A program made the position numbers and the translations under genes. This document shows positions 8,927-17,414 of a stretch of DNA of 64,000 bases, piece after piece. Position 1 is the stretch's first letter. Each line of letters starts with the position of its first letter. Location: positions 9,829 to 73,828 of the forward strand of contig JAGWGN010000002.1 of the NCBI GenBank assembly GCA_028867335.1, given 5' to 3'. The stretch comes from Candidatus Micrarchaeota archaeon. GTDB taxonomy: Archaea; Micrarchaeota; Micrarchaeia; Micrarchaeales; CABMGC01. The notes under the pieces are model-generated. The model was given only the letters and a program-made list of their open reading frames with translations. It did no database searches and was not told the DNA's origin.

Positions 8927-9504
8927 ATTCCCAGGAACTCGTTCATAGGAACCGCCCTGTTTAGAAGCAGCCTGTAGAACTGCGAATACTCCTTCACAAC
9001 CTTGTTGTCCTCTATTAGGATGCAGCCATCGAATCTTTTTGCACAGTTGCCCTCCCCGACCTCAAAGTTGTTGAAGATGATGTTGTCATAGTCGAATATC
9101 ATAAAGTCCTTCATGTCGAGCTTGGTGCGCTTCTTCATCGATTCATACACATTCCTGTCAAGGAAGAATATCTCCTCCCCCATTTTCTGCGATATCCTGT
9201 AGCTCTCTATCTCAAACCGAAGGTACTGCGTCAGCGGCAGCGTCACCACATGAATCCTTACGAACTTGACTCCCGATCCGGTGATCTTTTTTATGGTGTT
9301 GTACCATGTGCCATTGCTGTTGTAGAGACGATTGCCGCTTATTTCTTCGCCGTTGCTGACGAAATAGTTGAGCTCATGCCTCTCGTCATCGAACGCATCC
9401 GAGTAGGAGTCTAGGAGTTCGAGCTTGAACACCTGCGTCTTGGCTGAATTGAGCAATTCCTCCATCTTTCCCTCAAGTTCCTGTCCAAAAAGTTCTGTTT
9501 GCAT
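8923..9504 (-). CDS. hypothetical protein
   Basis: ORF 8923..9597. The likely start is the internal ATG (MQTELFGQELEGKMEELL...) at 9504. No motif recognised. Confidence 0.45.
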   Translation of the reverse strand: MQTELFGQELEGKMEELLNSAKTQVFKLELLDSYSDAFDDERHELNYFVSNGEEISGNRLYNSNGTWYNTIKKITGSGVKFVRIHVVTLPLTQYLRFEIESYRISQKMGEEIFFLDRNVYESMKKRTKLDMKDFMIFDYDNIIFNNFEVGEGNCAKRFDGCILIEDNKVVKEYSQFYRLLLNRAVPMNEFLGI

Positions 9505-9666
9505 CTCTTTACCCTTAATTAGAAAGCCAGGAGAGGGAGTTGCACCCCCCTTTTCCGCTCTGCAGGCGGACGCATAGCTGATCTGCCATCCTGGCAAGGA
9601 ATTTTTGTCCTTAGAGCTTTTCGCGGTTTAAGATATATAAATGTGTAATAGTAAGTATCTTCGAGA

Positions 9667-10821
9667 GTGATATCTATGCAAAAAGCATTCGAAACCCTGC
9701 CTTCTGAATTCATTTCCGCGACCAAAATTTGCGATTACAAGACCCCAATTTCAGGGGTTTTAGGGAAGATAAAGTCCCTTGGGGGAGTCGTGGTCTTCAA
9801 GGGAAAGGAGTACTACGGCATAGTTGACAGCCGAACCATTGCAAACATGGGCGTGCTCAAGATGGACGCCAAGTTCCCGATCGGCAAGTTCGCAAAGAAG
9901 GTGCCTCTGCTCGACCAGTCGACCTCGATCGAGAAGAGCATCCACTACTTCTTCAACTCGGCAACAAAGTCCCTTCCATATACCGAGGGGGGAAAGATCA
10001 AGGGAGTGATAAAACGAGAGATGCTGCTTCGAGCAATACTCTCTCTCCACATGGTCTCAAGCTACAAGGCGGGATACGCAATGTCCGCGCCGGTTGTGGC
10101 GATAGACAAGGAGTCCAGCGTCTCACAGGCAAAGTCCACCATGGAGAGCCGCAAGGTCAACAAGATAATCGTGGTTGACGGGGGGAAGATCTTCGGAATC
10201 CTCTCCTACAACGACATACTCTCTGAATTCACGGAGCTCAACGCCCGCCAGACAACCGAGAAGAAGACGAAGGCGTACCTCGACAAGATCGGCACCACAA
10301 GCGTCTCTGACATATGCAGCAGGCAGGTCTACAGGATCGACCACAGCAGGCCGATAGAGGAGGCTATAAAGAGCATGATCGAGCTCAAGATCTCATCGCT
10401 GCTTGTCACAAAGGCGGACAAGCCAGTAGGGATACTTACCGTCCGTGACGTCTTTGAGCTTGTCACGACAAACACAAGCGCGGTCGCGGAGAGGATATTC
10501 ATATCGGGCCTCAACTCTCGCACAAAGGAGTTCGAGGACGAGATAAAGGTGGAGCTAGAGAAGCTTGCCGACAAGGTGGACCGCTTCGGCAACTTGAAGA
10601 CCGACTACATCTCGCTGCACATAAAGAACCCGAAGGCAAAGAACTACGAGATGAAGGGCAGGCTCTCGCTTTCAAAGGGCGGCACGATCAGCGCCTCCTC
10701 ATCGGGCTTCTCGCTTGACGACACGCTGAGCAAGCTTGTCGACAACCTCTACAGGGAGGTCAAGGTTAAGAAGGAGATAATACTGGGAAGCAAGAAGGGG
10801 GACAGGGAAGAGTATGAATAA
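9667..10821 (+). CDS. four-CBS (two Bateman modules) protein with C-terminal HPF/RaiA (ribosomal S30Ae)-like domain
   Basis: 384 aa (GTG at 9667, or ATG at 9676). Four CBS-like segments are visible, e.g. KIIVVDGGKIFGILSYNDILSEF and SLLVTKADKPVGILTVRDVFELV. The last ~105 aa (ISGLNSRTKEFEDEIKVELEKLADKV...YEMKGRLSLSKGGTISASSSGFSLDDTLSKLVDNLYREVKVKK) follow the beta-alpha-beta-beta-beta-alpha pattern of hibernation factors. Confidence 0.6.
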   Translation: MISMQKAFETLPSEFISATKICDYKTPISGVLGKIKSLGGVVVFKGKEYYGIVDSRTIANMGVLKMDAKFPIGKFAKKVPLLDQSTSIEKSIHYFFNSATKSLPYTEGGKIKGVIKREMLLRAILSLHMVSSYKAGYAMSAPVVAIDKESSVSQAKSTMESRKVNKIIVVDGGKIFGILSYNDILSEFTELNARQTTEKKTKAYLDKIGTTSVSDICSRQVYRIDHSRPIEEAIKSMIELKISSLLVTKADKPVGILTVRDVFELVTTNTSAVAERIFISGLNSRTKEFEDEIKVELEKLADKVDRFGNLKTDYISLHIKNPKAKNYEMKGRLSLSKGGTISASSSGFSLDDTLSKLVDNLYREVKVKKEIILGSKKGDREEYE

Positions 10822-11287
10822 TCGCCGCCAAGTTAGGCTTCAGTCAAGCTTCGAGCTACTGATAACGCTCTCGTTCGGTCTTGCGATCCTTCTTCCGCTG
10901 GTAGTATTCGCATTCATACAGCTCGCCAACGCCAACTCCGCGGTCTCCGCGGTCGCGGCGCAGCAGGTCGCATCCAAGCTCGCCAGCGCAGCGGCGCTGG
11001 TTGGGAGCCAGGGCGCTCCGGCAAAGCAGATAGTCCAGATCGCAATGCCGACGGGGGTGCAGTACATCTACATCGGCACGCTGACAAACGGGATAGGGCA
11101 CTCGATAATATTCGCCATAAGGTCTCCGACAGGGCTCAGTTACATAACCGCATACACTCCGATAAACGTGAGCGGAAATCTTGGGGGGATCTCGTCAACA
11201 GGAACATACCTTGTCAACGTGTCCGCCCAGGCACAGTGCCCACTGCAGCTCGCACTGCCGTGCGTGTACATGAAACCTGCGGTGTAG
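10814..11287 (+). CDS. pilin-like protein (class III signal peptide-like N terminus)
   Basis: 157 aa. MNNRRQVRLQSSFELLITLSFGLAILLPLVVFAFI is a basic stretch, then Q-S, then a ~22-aa hydrophobic helix, as in archaeal type IV pilin precursors. First gene of the + strand surface operon. Confidence 0.6.
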   Translation: MNNRRQVRLQSSFELLITLSFGLAILLPLVVFAFIQLANANSAVSAVAAQQVASKLASAAALVGSQGAPAKQIVQIAMPTGVQYIYIGTLTNGIGHSIIFAIRSPTGLSYITAYTPINVSGNLGGISSTGTYLVNVSAQAQCPLQLALPCVYMKPAV

Positions 11288-11291
11288 CCAT

Positions 11292-14200
11292 ATGAAGTCA
11301 AAAGCGCAGATCGCAATCGAGTTCCTGATAGTCTTCGCCTTCATACTTCTCGTCTTCCTCTTCCTCTTCTCGCTCATAACTCAGCAGCGCGCCGTGATAC
11401 AGAACACCCAGACCTACTCACAGCTCCAGCTAATCGCGCAGAACCTAGCGCTACAGATAAGCCGGGCGGCAATCTCCGGAAACGGGTACAGCGCGCAGCT
11501 CCCGCTGCTCACATCTGTCGGCGTGACCCCATACAACGTCTCGATCACAAAGAGCGGCACAGTCATAGTGACCTCCACAACCGCCCAGCAGGCTGTCAGG
11601 ACGACGGCTTTCAGCAGCGTGCAGAAGCTCACGTCAAACCCTGCATATCTTGCCTCCGGAAGCACCACAGTCTACAACCTCCCGATCGCAAACGGCTCCG
11701 TATCAATACAGAACTCTTTCGGCACCATATGCATCGATTATCAGTGCCCGACCACATCGAACGTGAGCTCGTCCATCTCGCTCTCAAGCCAGGTCGTGCA
11801 CGCCGCGCTTTTCAGCGGAGTATACGACTACATCAATGCCTCCTCCACCACGGTGAACACGCTCTCGCAGTCCAGTATCACGATAAGCTTCTGGGTTGAT
11901 CCGGAGGCACTCGGGCACGGGACTGGCTTTAGGGGCTCGGACCAGCTCGTCTGCATCGGGGACAGGGTGTCGAGCATACAGCTGGGGTACCAAAGCGACG
12001 GGAAGATCAACGTGAACGGGTGGCAGGGCCCAAGCTCAACATCAACGAACTCACTTTCGCTAAACAGGTGGTACTACATTGCCTACACGCAAAACGCCGT
12101 CTCGAATTCGCTCTACATTAACGGCGCCCTGGAGAGCTCGCTGGGGGGATCGGCTGGAACAACAATGACCAGGAACGTCTCGATCGGGGGCAGCAACCAG
12201 AACAACGGCGGAAAGGCGTGCCAGCTTTCCTCAAACTCCCTTAATGGGGAGATGGCAAATGTCCAGCTCTACAACGCTGCGCTAACCCCGAACCAGATTC
12301 TCTCAGAATACAGCGCTGGCATCTCCGCAGCCCCACCAAACACCGCAAATGTGGTCGGATGGTGGCCGCTTAGCGGGGACGCAAACGACTATAGCGGAAG
12401 CGGGATGAGGGGAACAATCCATGGCCCGCTTCTCTTCACCTCAGTCGCCCAGCTCTCCGCCCTTGTGCGCAGTTCCTCTGGCCAGCCAGAGTCAAATGTC
12501 CTTGTCGGGTTCTCCACCACGCTAGGTAACTTTACCTGGGGATTGGGGTCCAAACAGTTTAAGGCAAACTACACCAACTCAAACGGGATTGCGACGGTCT
12601 TTCTAAACCAGCAGGGCAACAACGGGCAGGCGCTTGTGAGGGCCACGACTCTGAACGGGAACTTTTTGCCCCAGTCATCGCTTGTCGCCTGGTATCCGCT
12701 AAACCTCGGGCAGGGCAGCGTGGCTGGTGATGTGAGCGGGAACTCAAATAGCGGCAACTTCGCAAGCTCACAGAACTCGCTTCCGTTCTGGAGCCTGCCA
12801 AACTATGTTGCATCATTTGACGGGCACACAAGCTACATAACCGTTGCAAATTCCCCGACCCTAAACTTCAACACTCAGCTCACCTACTCCATATGGGTCA
12901 AGAGGAGCGGCCCAGGCCAGCAAAATCCGAGGGCAATCGTGCTCTCAAGATACGGGACATACATAGACCTCTGCTATAATTCCCAGCCCCTCTTCAGCCT
13001 TGCCCTACTCAGCGGATCAAAGCTTATCCAAGGTGGCAGCTGCATGCAGCCCGGCGTGTGGACAAACTACATCGCAACATACGACGGCACCAACGCACGC
13101 CTCTATCTAAACGGCGCGCAGGTCGCAAATGCAATCTCGCCTAGCACAATCCTCAACTCCGCAAATGCCCTAACAATCGGCGAGTACGACAACTCCCTCT
13201 TCAACCTAAACGGCTCGATCGCAAACGTGCAGGTTTACACCCAGGCACTAACCCAAAGCCAGGTCTCGCAGCTCTATCAGGAAGGTATCTCGGGAGCGCC
13301 AATAGCAAACACCGCAGTTGGCGGCTGGTGGCCGCTTGATGGGGATGCGATAGACTACGGCCCGAACGGAAACAACGGCGTCATATTTGGGAACCTCACA
13401 TTCACCCCGACAGCAAAGGCGATCCCGCCCCAGCAGATCTCAAACGGAAACACCAGCAAGGTTCTCGCGGCGTCATTTGGCGCATCAAATAGCTATGTAA
13501 GCTACTACCAGGGCCAGAACACCGTGCTCTCAACCGCATCTGTATTCGGGTGGATAAACACCTCGGCAAACAATGAGATGATACTCCAGATACAAAACGG
13601 CTCAAGTAGCAACCCCCTCATAGCGCTCGGCATAGGCGGGGCGCTGAGCCCTGCGGGAAACGCAAACCAGCTTGTCGCATACGTGAGGAACAGCCTTGGC
13701 GGCACTGGCGGGGGCACGATGCCTTTCAACTCAAACATCGTTGTGAACAATAATGCATGGCACCAGGTGGGCCTAACGCTAAGCGGAACCCAGGCGACGC
13801 TATATGTCGACGGGATACAGGGACCACAGACGACATTCTACGGCTCCTTCAATCTGGCAAACACCCCCGCAAACCAGATAATTCGGCTCGCCGGAATCGC
13901 CCCCGGCTCCGGAGCATCGCAGTACAACGGGCTGATCTCTGACGTGCAGGTGTACAGCACCAACCTCACAAGGTCTCAGGCGCAGCAGCTCTACCAGGAG
14001 GGGATAGAGGGTCCCCCGGTCCCTTCGGCAAACGTCTTTGCATGGTGGCCCCTTAGCGGAAACTCAAACGACTATGGGCTAAACGGCATAAACAGCACTC
14101 TGGCCTCGAATGTCGTCTACAAAAACGTTAGAAACTACGCTCCGATCCTAGCACAGAACTCAAACTACTCCGGAGTGAACTTCAACGGGCAGGGAAGCTA

Positions 14201-14708
14201 CATAAACTTCAACGGCATCCCGACCCTCTCATCAAGCGCAATCACAGTGGATGCATGGGTGAATGAGCCGGCCTCGCATCAGGGTGAGATAGTGCGCGCA
14301 TCCAACTCAGTGAGCAGCTCCATAGGGACGTCGCTTAGGGACCAGGGCAACGGGATGTACCAGTGGCATGTCGCGAGCGCTACGAACTCGATAGACCTCA
14401 TCGCTCCGATCCCCTCGTTTAGCTCCTGGCACTTCGTGGCGGGAACCTATGACGGGACCACCTCAAAAATCTACGTTGACGGCGCGGCCAGCAACTCAAT
14501 GACAACAGGCCTGCAGCTTCTCCCCACAAATAACCTGGGCATAGGGGCATGGTCATTCTCTTCCCCTCCCTCAAACTTCTTCAACGGCTCTATAGTAGAC
14601 GTTCAGATCTACAGCACTGCGCTGAGCGCAACGCAGATTCAGCAGCTATACAGCTCGCAGATCCCCCCTTCCGCTTCAACGACAGTTCCGCTGAGTTGGT
14701 ACCCATGA
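11292..14708 (+). CDS. giant pilin-like surface protein with four LamG/ConA-like lectin domains
   Basis: 1138 aa. N terminus MKSKAQIAIEFLIVFAFILLVFLF is pilin-like. Four units each end in G.IANVQ.Y..aL...Q...LY.EGI.G.P and are followed by WWPL.GD.NDYSG, which matches Laminin_G_3-type domain boundaries. Rich in N-x-S/T sequons. Confidence 0.8.
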   Translation: MKSKAQIAIEFLIVFAFILLVFLFLFSLITQQRAVIQNTQTYSQLQLIAQNLALQISRAAISGNGYSAQLPLLTSVGVTPYNVSITKSGTVIVTSTTAQQAVRTTAFSSVQKLTSNPAYLASGSTTVYNLPIANGSVSIQNSFGTICIDYQCPTTSNVSSSISLSSQVVHAALFSGVYDYINASSTTVNTLSQSSITISFWVDPEALGHGTGFRGSDQLVCIGDRVSSIQLGYQSDGKINVNGWQGPSSTSTNSLSLNRWYYIAYTQNAVSNSLYINGALESSLGGSAGTTMTRNVSIGGSNQNNGGKACQLSSNSLNGEMANVQLYNAALTPNQILSEYSAGISAAPPNTANVVGWWPLSGDANDYSGSGMRGTIHGPLLFTSVAQLSALVRSSSGQPESNVLVGFSTTLGNFTWGLGSKQFKANYTNSNGIATVFLNQQGNNGQALVRATTLNGNFLPQSSLVAWYPLNLGQGSVAGDVSGNSNSGNFASSQNSLPFWSLPNYVASFDGHTSYITVANSPTLNFNTQLTYSIWVKRSGPGQQNPRAIVLSRYGTYIDLCYNSQPLFSLALLSGSKLIQGGSCMQPGVWTNYIATYDGTNARLYLNGAQVANAISPSTILNSANALTIGEYDNSLFNLNGSIANVQVYTQALTQSQVSQLYQEGISGAPIANTAVGGWWPLDGDAIDYGPNGNNGVIFGNLTFTPTAKAIPPQQISNGNTSKVLAASFGASNSYVSYYQGQNTVLSTASVFGWINTSANNEMILQIQNGSSSNPLIALGIGGALSPAGNANQLVAYVRNSLGGTGGGTMPFNSNIVVNNNAWHQVGLTLSGTQATLYVDGIQGPQTTFYGSFNLANTPANQIIRLAGIAPGSGASQYNGLISDVQVYSTNLTRSQAQQLYQEGIEGPPVPSANVFAWWPLSGNSNDYGLNGINSTLASNVVYKNVRNYAPILAQNSNYSGVNFNGQGSYINFNGIPTLSSSAITVDAWVNEPASHQGEIVRASNSVSSSIGTSLRDQGNGMYQWHVASATNSIDLIAPIPSFSSWHFVAGTYDGTTSKIYVDGAASNSMTTGLQLLPTNNLGIGAWSFSSPPSNFFNGSIVDVQIYSTALSATQIQQLYSSQIPPSASTTVPLSWYP

Positions 14709-15250
14709 AACTACAATTCCTCTCATTCGATGCGATCTTTGCGATAGTCATCTTCACATTCGCGGTCTCGCTCTTAGCATTCATCTGGTACACTGTGAAC
14801 TCACAGCTCTCCATAGGTTCGGGCAACTCGGTGCAGAGCATGCAGCTGCAGCTTGAGGGCGTCTCGGAGAAGATACTGGGCTCCGGATACCCGCAGAACT
14901 GGTACTCCAACGTGGACACAAGCAACACGCTTACATGGGCGAACATCAGCGTCGGCCTGGGCAACGGGGTCAGCGGCGCGATCTCGATCTCCAAGCTTGC
15001 GACATTCGCCTCGATGGCTAACGGCAACTACCTCTACACAAAGCCTCTTCTTGGCGTCGGTTATGACTACTACATAGTGATCAGCACCGCAAACTACCAC
15101 ATGACAATCGGCAAGAAGCCAGCCGCGCAGATAGGCAGCGCCCTCAACGGAGTCACGCTGCAGAGCACAAGCAAGTCTGTGACGATAAACGGGCAGCCGG
15201 GCAACATGCAAATCTTTATATGGACAAACTCTTCATTTGGGATTGGTTAA
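14705..15250 (+). CDS. small pilin-like protein
   Basis: I prefer the start at 14705 (ATGA overlap with the upstream stop): MKLQFLSFDAIFAIVIFTFAVSLLAFIWY..., 181 aa. The portion of track ORF 14549..15250 upstream of this ATG lies inside the previous gene. Confidence 0.55.
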   Translation: MKLQFLSFDAIFAIVIFTFAVSLLAFIWYTVNSQLSIGSGNSVQSMQLQLEGVSEKILGSGYPQNWYSNVDTSNTLTWANISVGLGNGVSGAISISKLATFASMANGNYLYTKPLLGVGYDYYIVISTANYHMTIGKKPAAQIGSALNGVTLQSTSKSVTINGQPGNMQIFIWTNSSFGIG

Positions 15251-15251
15251 A

Positions 15252-17414
15252 ATGCGACTCGTTATATTCACACTAGACTCCATTTTCGCCCTCATAATAG
15301 CAGCGGCAGGAATCTCTCTGCTCGCATATTTCTTCTACACCCCGCAGACCACGACTGTTCTCTCATACTCCTCAGCGGCCTCGATATTACAGGAGCTCCT
15401 GTCCGCAAACTCAAGCTCCGTCTCCTCTTCCAATTTCCTCTTTAGCAGCATAGCATTCCAGTCAAATGCGAGCGGGGAGACCTGGGATTCCTTCATGCGC
15501 GACTCTATGCACAATGCAGGCAATCCTCACGGCCCACTTTCCCCCTTGGTATCATTCATCTATAGGCCAGCGGCCGGCACTCCCTCAATGGCGGTTGCGG
15601 ATTACGGGAAGATATTTTTCTATTCCGGAAACACAATCTACTCACTTGACGCAGCAAGCGGCGCTCTTTTCTGGAGCAAGAACATTGGACAGACTCCTCC
15701 AAGCCAGCCTGTCATTGCATCAGGGCTTTTGATCTACTCAAACACAATAAATCTTACCGCCATAAATCCGACCACAAATGCGATAGTCTGGAGTGCGCCA
15801 AATACACTTGTTGCGCCTTCAATGACCTCAAATCTCCTCTCCTACGGCAACAAGCTTTACTACGGGACGGGGACTAGCCTTGCCGCTGTCTATGCTGCAA
15901 ACGGAACCCAGTCATGGACGTACAACCTTGGCACTGCGGTGAATGGAATAGTGATGGACGCTGGATCGCTTGCCGCATCATACGCCAGCTCGATCGCCCT
16001 GCTAAACGATTTCGGCACCAGCGGAAACGTGATATGGAGCAAGCCAATCGGGTCCGGAGTTACAGTGATGGCATCGAGTCCTTTCAACAGCCTACTCTCC
16101 TTCTTCAGCGGCTCGACGGCAAACGCGATGTATGTGGACAACTCCCTCGCCGCAGGATTCCCTTACGCAGTGGTTGGTGGATCAGCATATTCCACAATCT
16201 ACAACGGCACAATAATCTACCAATCCTCAAACGCGATCACTGCAGTATCGACAAACGGGCTCTCGTTGTGGACCTACACTGCCCCTGTCGCATACGGGAC
16301 TGCGACTCCGAATAGCTATCCTGTCATCACCTCAAAGATGATCTACTCCACATGGTCGAATGGGTACCTTGTCGCGCTAAATTATCCTAGCGGAACCTTC
16401 GCGTGGGCGACAAACGTTCCATATGGCTCTCCGCTTACAATTTCGGGAGCCGCTTACGGAAGGCTTTATCTTACCGCGGGTTCTAATGTGATTGCCTACG
16501 GATCGTGCAACAGCGGCACGGGCGGATCACTTCTGCTTATTGCCGCAACTATGTACGCAAACAATCAGGGGAGCTGCGCAGACGCCCTGGTGAACAGCGT
16601 CTACCCTATGACAAACTACTCTATTTTTCTAAACAACACCTTCGCCCCGTCGCTCAGCCTCACCAGCTTCGACGGATCCACCAGCCACATCGAGAATCCC
16701 ACAAAAGCCCCGCTAAACGGGCTCCAGACCTTCACGATCAGCGCATGGATATACCCTACAAACACGGTGAGCGGGCCGTACATCTACAGCGAGGGCTCGC
16801 CTTCGCTTTCAATGGACTTTGGCATAACATCGGGCAACGCGCTCACGATCTCCACAACAAATTCCGGCACCCCGCAAACTTTCACGAGCTCACTTAGCGT
16901 ACCCCTCAACAAATGGTCATTCGTCACTGGCGAGCTTTCGATCGGAGGCACCGCCGGGACATTCATCCTCTCCCTAAACGGTCAGCTGCAGAGCGGCGCA
17001 GGGCAGCCCGAGTCCAGCGCTGGCGCGATATTTAGCGGAATAGGATACAGTGTCGGCAACTCGATAGGCCAGGCGGGCAGCTTCTTTGCGGGAAACATTG
17101 CTAATGTGCAGATATACAATGCAACCCTGACCCAATCCCAGATACTGCAGATATACCAGCGCGGGCTTCAGGGCAGCCCGCTTTCTGGCGTCGGGATACA
17201 GGCATGGTACCCTCTTGCCGGCGACTCGAATGACTACAGCGGCCTGGACAACACCGCCTACCCATTCGGCGTCTCCTATCTCCCATCAAACTACCTCCCT
17301 TCCGGATACACCAACTCCTATCAGATCAGCACTGCGGGCATAACACTCCCGATTCAGAATTACACTACTGGCCTCTCGAGGCTATACAAGGTTAGCGTGG
17401 TATCATGGCGTTGA
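15252..17414 (+). CDS. pilin-like N terminus + PQQ/BamB-like beta-propeller + LamG domain protein
   Basis: 720 aa from the ATG at 15252 (MRLVIFTLDSIFALIIAAAGISLLAYFFY). About 7 repeats of the ...G.iY......l.Al[DN]...G...W... type are present (e.g. IFFYSGNTIYSLDAASGALFWSKNIG, LTAINPTTNAIVWSAP, LVALNYPSGTFAWATNV). The C-terminal LamG unit ends GNIANVQIYNATLTQSQILQIYQRGLQGSP..AWYPLAGDSNDYSG. Confidence 0.7.
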   Translation: MRLVIFTLDSIFALIIAAAGISLLAYFFYTPQTTTVLSYSSAASILQELLSANSSSVSSSNFLFSSIAFQSNASGETWDSFMRDSMHNAGNPHGPLSPLVSFIYRPAAGTPSMAVADYGKIFFYSGNTIYSLDAASGALFWSKNIGQTPPSQPVIASGLLIYSNTINLTAINPTTNAIVWSAPNTLVAPSMTSNLLSYGNKLYYGTGTSLAAVYAANGTQSWTYNLGTAVNGIVMDAGSLAASYASSIALLNDFGTSGNVIWSKPIGSGVTVMASSPFNSLLSFFSGSTANAMYVDNSLAAGFPYAVVGGSAYSTIYNGTIIYQSSNAITAVSTNGLSLWTYTAPVAYGTATPNSYPVITSKMIYSTWSNGYLVALNYPSGTFAWATNVPYGSPLTISGAAYGRLYLTAGSNVIAYGSCNSGTGGSLLLIAATMYANNQGSCADALVNSVYPMTNYSIFLNNTFAPSLSLTSFDGSTSHIENPTKAPLNGLQTFTISAWIYPTNTVSGPYIYSEGSPSLSMDFGITSGNALTISTTNSGTPQTFTSSLSVPLNKWSFVTGELSIGGTAGTFILSLNGQLQSGAGQPESSAGAIFSGIGYSVGNSIGQAGSFFAGNIANVQIYNATLTQSQILQIYQRGLQGSPLSGVGIQAWYPLAGDSNDYSGLDNTAYPFGVSYLPSNYLPSGYTNSYQISTAGITLPIQNYTTGLSRLYKVSVVSWR

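Noticed and set aside
14549-14704. N-terminal 52 codons of track ORF 14549..15250
   Set aside because: This stretch lies entirely inside the 3' end of the 1138-aa gene in another frame. The internal ATG at 14705 overlaps the upstream stop (ATGA) and starts a pilin-like hydrophobic N terminus.
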